From NCBI GenBank assembly GCA_019637805.1, contig JAHBVB010000002.1:263981-327980 (forward strand): a stretch of DNA of 64,000 bases, given 5' to 3'. Of the stretch, positions 55,614-64,000 are shown piece after piece. The position numbers and the translations under genes are program-made. A model generated the notes under the pieces. It worked only from the letters and a program-made list of their open reading frames with translations, searched no databases and was not told where the DNA came from. Positions within the stretch are counted from its first letter, which is position 1. Every line of letters starts with the position of its first letter. Origin of the DNA: Anaerolineales bacterium (GTDB lineage: Bacteria > Chloroflexota > Anaerolineae > Anaerolineales > UBA11579).

Positions 55614-56597
55614 ATGAGACGCTTTTCTACCCATTTGTCCCTACTGGTATTGCTGGCTGTGCTCCTCTCCGCCTGCGGCGCCGGCCAGCCCACCACCCCC
55701 ACGCCCGAAGTGTCTGTGCCTCCTACCGCGGTCCCGACGCAGGAGGCGGCCCAACCGCTGCTCCTGCTGATCGCCCCGCCCGATGCCGACGCCGGCTTGC
55801 TGGCCGTGGCGGCTGAGATTGCCGCTGCCCGCGCCGCAGAAGCGGGCATGCGCTTCGAACAACGCCAAATGCTGGACGCCGCCCAAATACCCGCCGAACT
55901 GGACACCCTGGTCTTGTTGGCCCCGGACCCCGGCGCCGCCGCCTTGGCCGCTGCCGCGCCCCAGGCGCGCCTGGTCGCTGTGGGCTTTTCGCCGGCGGAA
56001 CCGGCCGCCAACCTCACCGCCTTGTCTTTGGGCGGGGGAGGCGGCAATTCCGCCGCCTTTTTGGCTGGCTATCTGGCGGCCGTCACCGCCACAGACTGGC
56101 GTGCGGGCGTGCTCTATTCGCCCTCCAGCCAGGCGCTGGCCCAGAGCTTTGCCGCCGGCGCCGAGTATTTCTGCGGCCTGTGCCGCCCCGCTGGCCCGCC
56201 AGATGTGGACTTGCCTATGCTCCAGCCGGCCGACCCGGGTAGCTGGCAGGCCGCCGCAGACCAATTGCTGTTCGGCGGGGTGCGCGTGGTCTATTTGCCG
56301 CCGGATCTGGAGAACAGCGGTGCGGCCCAATACCTGGCGGGTTACGGCGTGCTGATCATCGGCAACGGCGCACCGCCGCCTGACCTGGCGGCCAACTGGG
56401 TCGCCAGCGTCGGCGCCGACCCGGCCGCTGCCTTGCGCCAGCAGTTGCCCGCCGCCCTGGCTGGGCAGCCCCTGCCCAGCGCCGCCAGCGTGCTGGGCTT
56501 CAGCCATATCAACCCCCAGTGGCTCAGCCAGGGCCGCTTGGACCATATGGCCCTCATTATTGCTGAACTGGAACAAGGTCTGATTACCCTGGACTGA
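55614..56597 (+). CDS. putative lipoprotein, distant BMP/PnrA-like paralog
   Basis: Signal 'LLVLLAVLLSAC'. 'AFLAGYLAAVTATDWRAGVL' resembles the BMP family. It occupies only the 3' third of ORF 54666..56597. Confidence 0.5.
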   Translation: MRRFSTHLSLLVLLAVLLSACGAGQPTTPTPEVSVPPTAVPTQEAAQPLLLLIAPPDADAGLLAVAAEIAAARAAEAGMRFEQRQMLDAAQIPAELDTLVLLAPDPGAAALAAAAPQARLVAVGFSPAEPAANLTALSLGGGGGNSAAFLAGYLAAVTATDWRAGVLYSPSSQALAQSFAAGAEYFCGLCRPAGPPDVDLPMLQPADPGSWQAAADQLLFGGVRVVYLPPDLENSGAAQYLAGYGVLIIGNGAPPPDLAANWVASVGADPAAALRQQLPAALAGQPLPSAASVLGFSHINPQWLSQGRLDHMALIIAELEQGLITLD

Positions 56598-56720
56598 CGT
56601 ACAGCTTAAAAAATGCCCGCGCCGCTGAGCATTTTCTTGATTTGCCAAAATACTCATGCTACACTTAGTCAACTTGCGGCCCACTGGCTGCGTCTCACAA
56701 TCTTCTAGGAGGAAGACTGT

Positions 56721-57719
56721 ATGCATAAGAGATTTTCTACTTTGCTTGCCCTTACTGTGGGTCTGGCGCTGGTTTTGGCCGCCTGCGGGGGGACGGCGCC
56801 GGGCGCAGCCGACTTTAAGGCCTGCCAGGTAACCGATACCGGCGGCATCGATGATGCCTCCTTCAACCAGACCGCTTGGGCTGGTGTAGAACAGGCCGTT
56901 GCTGAGTTGGGCATTGAAAGCGCCTTCGTTGAATCCAACGAACAAGCCGACTACGAGCCCAACATCAACGCCATGATCGACCAGGGTTGTGACCTGATCA
57001 TCACCGTGGGTTTCCTGATGGGTGACGCCACCGCGGCTGCGGCGGCTGCCAATCCGGACCAGGCTTTCGGCATTATCGATGTCGATTATCTGGACTTCCC
57101 CAATCTGACGGGTCACGCCTTCGCCACCGACCAGGCTGCTTTCCTGGCTGGTTACCACGCGGCTGCCAACACGCAGACCGGCGTGGTGGGCACTTTCGGC
57201 GGCATCAACATTCCGCCGGTGACTGTCTTCATGGACGGCTTCTGGTACGGCGTGCAGTACTACAACCAAGAGCATGGCACCAACGTGCAGGTTCTCGGTT
57301 GGGATCCTGCTGTGCAGGATGGCCTGTTCACGGGCAACTTCGACTCCCTGGATGACGGGCGTGCCTTTGCTGAGAGCCTGATGGACGAAGGCGCCGACAT
57401 CATCATGCCGGTGGCCGGCCCCGTGGGCCTGGGCTCTGCGGCTGCCATTCAAGAGCGCGGCAATGCTTGGCTGATCGGTGTTGACAGCGATTGGTCCCAA
57501 ACCGCTCCGGAATACGCTGGCATCATTCTGAATTCGGTGCTGAAGAAGATGGATGCAACCGTCTTTGAGCACATTCAGGCTGCGATCAGCGGCGAGAGCG
57601 CCGGTGCGCTTATCGTGGGCACCTTGGAGAACGGCGGCGTAGGTGTAGCCACCAGCTTCCCCGAGATGCAGGCTCTGGTTGACGGCATCGTTGCCGGCGA
57701 CATCCAGACCGGCCCGTAA
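56721..57719 (+). CDS. BMP family (PnrA/Med-like) ABC transporter substrate-binding lipoprotein
   Basis: Signal 'LALVLAAC', 'DDASFNQTAWAG' and 'AAFLAGYHAAANTQTGVVGTFGG'. A strong SD (AGGAGG) lies upstream. Confidence 0.88.
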   Translation: MHKRFSTLLALTVGLALVLAACGGTAPGAADFKACQVTDTGGIDDASFNQTAWAGVEQAVAELGIESAFVESNEQADYEPNINAMIDQGCDLIITVGFLMGDATAAAAAANPDQAFGIIDVDYLDFPNLTGHAFATDQAAFLAGYHAAANTQTGVVGTFGGINIPPVTVFMDGFWYGVQYYNQEHGTNVQVLGWDPAVQDGLFTGNFDSLDDGRAFAESLMDEGADIIMPVAGPVGLGSAAAIQERGNAWLIGVDSDWSQTAPEYAGIILNSVLKKMDATVFEHIQAAISGESAGALIVGTLENGGVGVATSFPEMQALVDGIVAGDIQTGP

Positions 57720-57741
57720 TCTGGATCTTTGATGCAAGAGG

Positions 57742-57776
57742 AAAAGAGCCGAGTACTTGTACTCGGCTCTTTTTTC
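57742..57776 (+). terminator. intrinsic terminator/attenuator between the SBP and ATPase genes
   Basis: Stem AAGAGCCGAGTA / TACTCGGCTCTT followed by a T-run. Confidence 0.8.
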
Positions 57777-57851
57777 TGCATGGAGCAGGTGGTTTCTACG
57801 CTCATGGTAGAATGCCGTCTGACTATCCACAAGCAGCCGCTGAGGTAGCCG

Positions 57852-59423
57852 ATGCCCCCTGTTCTTGAACTTCGTAACATCACCAAACGCTTCCCTGGTG
57901 TGCTTGCCAATGACCGTATTGACCTGACGCTCAATCGTGGGGAAATCCATGCTTTGCTCGGGGAAAACGGGGCGGGCAAGTCTACCTTGATGAATATCCT
58001 CTATGGCCTCTACCAGCCGGATGAGGGCGAGGTCTTCATCAACGGCCAACTGGCCCGTATCGACTCCCCTACAGATGCCATTCATGCCGGCGTCGGCATG
58101 GTACACCAGCACTTCATGCTCATTCCGGTCTTCACCGTCACCGAGAATGTCATGCTGGGCTCAGAGAGCGTCAAAGCGGGCGGAGTGCTGGACCGCAAAA
58201 CCGCCGCTGAGCGTATCCGCGAGATTTCCTCTGCTTACGGATTGGCGGTAAACCCGGACGACTACGTGCGCGATCTGCCGGTCGGCGGCCAGCAGCGTGT
58301 GGAGATCATTAAGCTGCTGTACCGAGAAGCGGACATTCTCATCCTGGATGAGCCGACCGCCGTGCTGACTCCCCAGGAAGCGGACGAACTCTTCAAGATC
58401 ATGCACTCCCTGACCGAGCGCGGCAAATCCATTATTTTTATCACCCATAAGCTGCGTGAAGTGCTGGACATTGCCGACCGCATCACGGTCATCCGGCGCG
58501 GCCAGGTGGTTGGCTCCACCACGCCTAAACAGGCCGACCAAAACAAGCTGGCCTCCATGATGGTGGGCCGCGAAGTGGATCTCAAGCTGGTGAAAAAAGC
58601 CGCCAAACCCGGCGCGGTGGTCTTGGAGGTCGAGAACCTCAAGGTCGCCGATGACCGCAGCCAGATCGCGGTGGACGGCATTTCTTTCCAGGTGCATGCG
58701 GGCGAGGTGCTGGGTGTTGCCGGCGTTCAGGGCAATGGCCAAACCGAGCTGGTCGAAGCTGTCACTGGCTTGCGCAGCGCTTTGGAAGGTCATATTCACC
58801 TGTTGGGCGAAGATACCACGCAGGCCAGCCCGCGGCATATTACGGAGTTAGGCACCGCCCACATTCCAGAAGACCGCCAACGCGATGGTCTGGTGCTCAA
58901 TTTCCCCGTAGCAGATAACCTGGTCCTCAACACCTATTACAAACAGCCGTATTCCAAGGGCCTCATCATGCAGCACGAGCTGATTGCCGAAACAGCCAAA
59001 ACGCGGGTGGAGAACTTCGACATCCGTACTCCCAGTGTGGAAACCTCCGCGGGCAGCCTGTCCGGCGGCAACCAACAAAAGGTCATCGTGGCCCGTGAGC
59101 TCTCGCGCCCACTCAAGCTGGTGGTGGCTTCGCAGCCCACCCGCGGCTTGGACGTCGGCTCTATTGAATACATTCACGGTCGCTTGGTCGCCAGTCGCGA
59201 CGAAGGCGCGGCTGTGTTGCTGGTTTCTTCTGAGCTGGACGAGATCATGCAGCTCTCTGATCGCATTGCGGTTATGTATCGGGGCAAGATCGTAGACGTC
59301 CTGCCGGCCAAGGGCGCCAGCAAAGAACAGATTGGCTTGCTGATGGCAGGCCTACCTGGGCAAAAAACGCTCAAGAACGCCACTAAACCCGCCAAACGTG
59401 GTAAATCTCGCAAGGACGCGTGA
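57852..59423 (+). CDS. ABC transporter ATP-binding protein (duplicated ATPase, nucleoside/sugar type)
   Basis: Walker A 'GENGAGKST', a degenerate second site 'GVQGNGQTEL', and signature 'LSGGNQQKV'. Confidence 0.9.
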   Translation: MPPVLELRNITKRFPGVLANDRIDLTLNRGEIHALLGENGAGKSTLMNILYGLYQPDEGEVFINGQLARIDSPTDAIHAGVGMVHQHFMLIPVFTVTENVMLGSESVKAGGVLDRKTAAERIREISSAYGLAVNPDDYVRDLPVGGQQRVEIIKLLYREADILILDEPTAVLTPQEADELFKIMHSLTERGKSIIFITHKLREVLDIADRITVIRRGQVVGSTTPKQADQNKLASMMVGREVDLKLVKKAAKPGAVVLEVENLKVADDRSQIAVDGISFQVHAGEVLGVAGVQGNGQTELVEAVTGLRSALEGHIHLLGEDTTQASPRHITELGTAHIPEDRQRDGLVLNFPVADNLVLNTYYKQPYSKGLIMQHELIAETAKTRVENFDIRTPSVETSAGSLSGGNQQKVIVARELSRPLKLVVASQPTRGLDVGSIEYIHGRLVASRDEGAAVLLVSSELDEIMQLSDRIAVMYRGKIVDVLPAKGASKEQIGLLMAGLPGQKTLKNATKPAKRGKSRKDA

Positions 59424-60679
59424 GCATGGCAAAAAAAGACACTCAACCCCAGTCGTCCTCCAAGAAGAAAACCGCTTTCGGCATCTTTCTTGAGGAGCTC
59501 ACCCGCGGTTCGCTCCTCGTGCCGATCCTGGCCATCGTAACGGGTTTACTCCTGGGAGGCCTGATTGTGGGGCTGACCACGGAGCAGGTCTACACCACCT
59601 GGTCCGAGTCACCGTTGGAGGCCATCGGCATCGGCGTTAACGCCGCCTTGCGCTCGTATGGCGCGCTGTTCAACGGCTCAATTGGCAATCCCGAACGCAT
59701 CATCGATGCCTTGTCCAGTGGGGAAGAAGCCGCCATTCGGCGGGCCTTCAATCCTTTCCTTGAAAGCCTGACCAAGTCTGTGCCCTATATCTTCGCTGGC
59801 TTGGCGGTGGCGTTGGGTTTCCGGGCAGGTTTGTTTAATATCGGCGCGGAGGGTCAGCTGTTCATTGGCGCGATCACGTCGGTATATGTCGGCTTCGCCC
59901 TCACCGGTTTGCCGGCCATCATTCACCTGCCCTTGGCGTTGGGCGCCGGCGCTCTGGGCGGCGCGCTTTGGGGCTTCATCCCGGGTTGGCTGAAAGCCAA
60001 GACCGGCGGGCATGAGGTCATCAACACCATCATGATGAACTACATTGCCTTCCGCCTCAGTGAATACCTGCTGCGCGGTCCGCTGCAGCGCCCGGGCAGC
60101 ACCAACCCGATCAGTCCTTTTGTCGAAGCCAGTGCACAACTGCCGCGCTTCTTCGATAGTCCCATCCGCTTCCATCTTGGCTTCTTCATCGCTTTGGCCG
60201 CCGCCTATGGTGTGTATTGGCTGCTCTTTAAAACCCGGATTGGTTTTGAGCTGCGCACAGTGGGGGCCAACCCCAAGGCGGCCCGCTATGCGGGCATGAA
60301 TATCGTCTGGGTCACTGTGCTGGCCATGAGCTTGTCTGGGGCTTTGGCCGGGATGGCCGGTGCCAATGAAGTGCTGGGCGTAAACTACAATCTGGCGCCT
60401 GCCTTTTCCTCTGGTTATGGCTTCGATAGCATTGCTTTGGCCCTGATCGGGAAGAGTCACCCGCTGGGTGTGGTGCTGGCTGCGCTGCTGTTCGGCACCC
60501 TGCGCAACGGCGCCCTGCAAATGCAAATTGCAGCCAATGTTCCAGTGGACATCATCTCGGTTATGCAGGCGCTGATCCTGGCCTTCATCGCCGCCCCGGC
60601 CATCATCCGTACCATCTACCGCCTGCGCACTCCGGAAGATGATGACGACCAGCTGCATGTGCGTGGCTGGGGAGGTTAA
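59420..60679 (+). CDS. ABC transporter permease (BMP-system)
   Basis: Polytopic membrane protein overlapping the ATPase stop by 4 nt. Confidence 0.85.
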   Translation: MSMAKKDTQPQSSSKKKTAFGIFLEELTRGSLLVPILAIVTGLLLGGLIVGLTTEQVYTTWSESPLEAIGIGVNAALRSYGALFNGSIGNPERIIDALSSGEEAAIRRAFNPFLESLTKSVPYIFAGLAVALGFRAGLFNIGAEGQLFIGAITSVYVGFALTGLPAIIHLPLALGAGALGGALWGFIPGWLKAKTGGHEVINTIMMNYIAFRLSEYLLRGPLQRPGSTNPISPFVEASAQLPRFFDSPIRFHLGFFIALAAAYGVYWLLFKTRIGFELRTVGANPKAARYAGMNIVWVTVLAMSLSGALAGMAGANEVLGVNYNLAPAFSSGYGFDSIALALIGKSHPLGVVLAALLFGTLRNGALQMQIAANVPVDIISVMQALILAFIAAPAIIRTIYRLRTPEDDDDQLHVRGWGG

Positions 60680-60681
60680 GC

Positions 60682-61956
60682 ATGAGTTCCCAGTCGACCA
60701 CGATTCCAACTACCGTCGCCTTTGGCACAGCCCGGCGCCGCACCACAATGGGCATTGTTTTCCTGGCCCTGGCTGGAGTGATTTGGTACTTCTTCAGCCG
60801 CACTACTCAGGCAGGGATGATCACCACCTTCACCCTCAATCCAGGCGGCAGCCAGGCCAACTTCCCGGACCTGGTTTTTGGTACGTTGCCGATCCTCAAT
60901 GTTCTCGCTTCAGTCTGCGCACTGATGGGTGCCTTTCAATTGGTGCGTGGCTTTGGCAAGCGCACCAATGTAGTGTTGGGCTTGGTGGCCGCGTTGTTCA
61001 TCTTTGCCTTCCTCTCTTGGGTGGCCTCCGGCGCTTCGCTCAACCTGGCCGGCTTGCTGCGGGCCACGCTGATCCGGGCGATACCCATCACTCTGGGAGC
61101 ATTGTCCGGCATCTTGTGCGAACGGGCGGGCGTAGTCAACATCGCCATTGAGGGCATGATGCTGACCAGCGCCATGCTGGCCGCCATCTTTGGCAGCATG
61201 TATGGTTTGTGGGTCGGTTTGTTGAGCGGTGTGATCGCCGGCGGCCTCTTGGCCTTGGTCCACGCCATTCTTTCCATTAAATATAAAACTGACCAGATCG
61301 TTTCCGGCACGGTGATCAACATTTTTTCGATAGGCATCACCTCATTCATTTCTGCCAAGTATCTGGCCAGCAGTCGCCACCTCAACAATCCTGGCATTTT
61401 TTCGGAGATCCAGGTCCCCGGCCTGGTGGACATCCCCTTCATCGGCCCGATCGTCTTCTCTCACAACATCTTCTTCTTTGGCATGGTCATCTTGCTGGCC
61501 TTGTTGCACTTCGGTCTGTTCTTCACCCGCTGGGGGTTGCGCCTGCGCTCGGTGGGCGAACACCCTAAGGCTGCCGACACCCTGGGTATTAATGTCTTTA
61601 GGACCCGGTACATGGCGGTGATCCTGGGCGGCATGATGGCCGGTTTTGGCGGCGCTTACTTCACCCTGGGGTCAGTGGGGCGCTTTGATGAGGTCATGAC
61701 TGCTGGGCGTGGCTTCATTGGCCTGGCCGCCATGATCTTCGGCAACTGGAACCCCTTCGGGGCCTTTGGCGCCGGCCTGCTCTTCGGTTTTGCCGATATG
61801 CTGGCGGCGCGTCTTGCTATTCTGGGCGTACGCGTGCCCTCGGAATTTCTGCTGATGGCGCCGTACGTTGCCACCATGATCATCCTGGCTGGCGTGGTTG
61901 GCCGCGGTCAAATGCCCGCCGCCGACGGCCAGCCTTATGAGAAGGAAGGCCACTAA
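60682..61956 (+). CDS. ABC transporter permease (BMP-system)
   Basis: Polytopic membrane protein starting 2 nt after the upstream stop. Confidence 0.85.
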   Translation: MSSQSTTIPTTVAFGTARRRTTMGIVFLALAGVIWYFFSRTTQAGMITTFTLNPGGSQANFPDLVFGTLPILNVLASVCALMGAFQLVRGFGKRTNVVLGLVAALFIFAFLSWVASGASLNLAGLLRATLIRAIPITLGALSGILCERAGVVNIAIEGMMLTSAMLAAIFGSMYGLWVGLLSGVIAGGLLALVHAILSIKYKTDQIVSGTVINIFSIGITSFISAKYLASSRHLNNPGIFSEIQVPGLVDIPFIGPIVFSHNIFFFGMVILLALLHFGLFFTRWGLRLRSVGEHPKAADTLGINVFRTRYMAVILGGMMAGFGGAYFTLGSVGRFDEVMTAGRGFIGLAAMIFGNWNPFGAFGAGLLFGFADMLAARLAILGVRVPSEFLLMAPYVATMIILAGVVGRGQMPAADGQPYEKEGH

Positions 61957-62022
61957 ACACATTTCTTGCGCGTGGCTGCCGTTGCTTTTGTACAGTTCGC
62001 CATGACGAGTTTGGGAATTGAT

Positions 62023-62385
62023 ATGAAAAATATACTGCGCCTGGAAGAAATAGCCCTGTTCGCTCTGGGCTTGGCCGCTTATGCTCACACCGGGCTCAGC
62101 TGGGGCTGGTTCCTACCCCTGCTCTTCCTCCCGGATGCGAGCGGGATCGGCTATCTGCTGAATCCTCGCATTGGCGCGCTGCTCTACAATTTTGCCCATC
62201 ACCGTGGCGTGGCCGTCTTGTTCTACCTGGCGGGGCAGTGGCTGGCAGCGCCGCTGCTCACGATTGCCGGCGTGGTCTTGTTCATTCACATCGCCATGGA
62301 TCGCTTCTTTGGGTACGGCCTGAAATACCCGGATTCCTTCCACAATACGCACCTCGGCCCCATCGGCAAGGCGCGCCGCGCTTAG
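62023..62385 (+). CDS. small membrane protein (DUF4260-like, assignment from memory)
   Basis: 'MKNILRLEEIALFALGLAAYA...LPDASGIGYLLNPRIGALLYNFAHH'. Confidence 0.5.
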   Translation: MKNILRLEEIALFALGLAAYAHTGLSWGWFLPLLFLPDASGIGYLLNPRIGALLYNFAHHRGVAVLFYLAGQWLAAPLLTIAGVVLFIHIAMDRFFGYGLKYPDSFHNTHLGPIGKARRA

Positions 62386-62576
62386 GGTCTGAAAGCAGGC
62401 TGGAGCAGGCACGCTGGAGCAAGAGATTCGTGCCTTCTCCTTAGAAAGCTCTCATAAACGAAATTCCCCAGCGGATTGCCCTATACTGAAAGTAACCACT
62501 GGATTGTTCTTTGTCCTCTAAGGGGTGTATACAACTAGAGGGCCTCTTGCTCACCTCCCTTGGTTGGAGGGTTAAA

Positions 62577-63545
62577 TTGAATACTAGAAGATGTCTTAGA
62601 CTCTTAGTCATTCTAGGAGTGTGTTTGGCCTTGGCCCAGCCATCATTGGCCGCCTTGGCAAGACCACTTGCCGCCATATCGCCTACACTCGGCGCAGTTG
62701 GCAGCTATTCTGTATTAGCGGGGTCTCAAGTCACCAATTCCGGGCCTACCAGCATGCCCGGCGACTTGGGGGTCAGCCCAAGTATAGGGGTGCCGCCTCA
62801 TGTTATTGGTTTCCCGCCCGGCAGTGCAGGGCCGCCCGGCACCATCCATGACGCTGATGCACACGCCGCAGCCGCCCAAGCGGACAATACCGCCGCCTTT
62901 GCCTTCATTGACCAGATCTGCGATGTCAGCTATGCAGGCACCAAAGACCTCGCGGGAGAAAACCTTGTCGCCGGCGTGTATTGCGCGGATGCTTTTCAGT
63001 TATCCGGGACTCTGATTCTCAGCGGCGCTGGTGTGTGGATTTTCAAATCCGCCTCGGATCTGGTCACTTCAGGAGCGGCCAACGTAGTGGGCGGAGATGC
63101 TTGCAACGTGTGGTGGCGGGTGGTCAGCTCGGCCACACTCGGCACGAGTACTTCGTTTATCGGCAACATTCTTGCGCTTACGTCGATCAGCTTGCAGACC
63201 AACGCAAGCTTGCAAGGCCGCGCGCTGGCGCAAACCGGGCAGGTTTCTTTGGACTCGAATGTGATCACCGGAGCGGCCTGCCTCACGACTTCACCCGCAC
63301 CGACCCCCACTGCAACTCCGCTATCTGTGGCTGGCGGTGGGGCTGGGATAACCAGCACCGGCGGAAGCAGCGATGATGACGCTAGCAATGCGGGTGACCC
63401 AAATGCGGTGATCGGCGGGTTGCCAGATACTGGCGGTGCGCCCATCCGTACCCAAAACTTTGCACTGAATTTGTTGGTCTTTGGCATTGTGACCGCCCTG
63501 ATCCTGGGGGTTCTCTATCGACGCGCCTCTCAGACGAGACGGTAG
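62577..63545 (+). CDS. DUF3494 (ice-binding-like fold) surface protein with LPXTG-type sorting signal
   Basis: 'LGAVGSYSVLAGSQVTNSGPTSMPGDLGVSP'. C-terminal 'LPDTGG' followed by a TM helix and 'RRASQTRR'. TTG start with GGAGG 6 nt upstream. Confidence 0.8.
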   Translation: MNTRRCLRLLVILGVCLALAQPSLAALARPLAAISPTLGAVGSYSVLAGSQVTNSGPTSMPGDLGVSPSIGVPPHVIGFPPGSAGPPGTIHDADAHAAAAQADNTAAFAFIDQICDVSYAGTKDLAGENLVAGVYCADAFQLSGTLILSGAGVWIFKSASDLVTSGAANVVGGDACNVWWRVVSSATLGTSTSFIGNILALTSISLQTNASLQGRALAQTGQVSLDSNVITGAACLTTSPAPTPTATPLSVAGGGAGITSTGGSSDDDASNAGDPNAVIGGLPDTGGAPIRTQNFALNLLVFGIVTALILGVLYRRASQTRR

Positions 63546-63551
63546 GCCTCT

Positions 63552-64000
63552 ATGCAAAACGATAACAAGCCCAGCCCGAGACCCTCTCCCGGGTGGCTGT
63601 TTGCCTGCTTGATTGCATCAGGTCTGCTTGCTGGTTGTGCAGATGATGTCCGTGAAAGAGTCCTACCACCTGCGCGTGTGCTTCTGCAAACAGCTCAGCC
63701 ACTCATCCAGGCCTTGCCTACCGCCTATTATTTGGAGAACCTGGTCGATGTTGGCCTGCTGTTAGGCGCCGGTCCAGTCCAGATTCCCTTGCAGCTGGTC
63801 ATCCCTGCACTCGGCATTAGCGCCCCGATCCTGGCGGTGGGCCTGACATCCGAAAATCGGATGGATGCGCCTAAAGGTCCAATTGGCGACGCCGTATGGG
63901 GGTCCGCTTTCTGGTATCGAGGCGGGGGAAACCCCGGCGCGATTGGGACTGCCACAATCGCGGCCCATGTCAATGACCCCTTAGGTGTGCCGGAGATTTT
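63552..64000 (+). CDS. class F sortase (3' partial at window edge)
   Basis: My own translation reads 'MQNDNKPSPRPSPGWLFACLIASGLLAGC...LVIPALGISAPILAVGL...GAIGTATIAAHVND', which matches the class F sortase pattern. The ORF is open to the window end, so it is absent from the ORF track. Confidence 0.7.
   Translation, partial: MQNDNKPSPRPSPGWLFACLIASGLLAGCADDVRERVLPPARVLLQTAQPLIQALPTAYYLENLVDVGLLLGAGPVQIPLQLVIPALGISAPILAVGLTSENRMDAPKGPIGDAVWGSAFWYRGGGNPGAIGTATIAAHVNDPLGVPEI

Overview
64-kb chromosomal segment with high GC. Hand counts on a few 60-nt lines give about 65-73% GC. About 60 genes are densely packed, mostly housekeeping or metabolic. The gene content suggests a monoderm-type, possibly Chloroflexota-like organism, but this is a guess from content only: LPXTG substrate plus class F sortase, TadE pseudopilins, archaeal-type HMG-CoA synthase/thiolase/DUF35, and four-helix-bundle 'intervening sequence' genes with heptamer repeats.

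Recognisable blocks:
- dnaE 3' half and pfkA.
- A split methylmalonyl-CoA mutase large subunit.
- tRNA-Glu(CUC).
- A LacI-controlled sugar ABC transporter with three glycoside hydrolases.
- A SAM-methyltransferase/SET-domain pair, mscL and a TadE pair.
- pepF.
- A tyrosine-catabolism operon (hppD, FAH-family gene, hmgA).
- An upstream mevalonate-pathway operon.
- rho.
- An AlkZ/YcaQ-like glycosylase with a DinB-fold protein.
- chrA.
- rimO, a RodZ-like gene and rplI.
- A BMP-family nucleoside ABC transporter.
- A DUF3494 surface protein with its sortase.

The outstanding feature is a sharply low-GC island at about 2.74-7.61 kb (sampled lines 32-45% GC). It carries a translationally coupled four-gene operon: an unknown 155-aa protein, a Z1-domain SF2-like NTPase, a Dcm C5-cytosine methyltransferase and a Vsr endonuclease. 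An orphan Phd/YefM-like antitoxin lies just upstream. This looks like a reduced, undescribed variant of Z1-based restriction/defence systems, because the GHKL/MutL-like ATPase and AIPR partners recalled for known Z1 systems are absent here.

Secondary curiosities:
- A frameshifted four-helix-bundle gene cassette, bounded by inverted heptamer arrays, inside the tyrosine operon.
- Dispersed heptanucleotide tandem repeats.
- A GAGCGG...AGCGAAG hairpin element family, two copies of which bracket chrA.

No CRISPR array, rRNA gene, transposase or integrase was seen. All family assignments come from motif reading and memory, with no database search.
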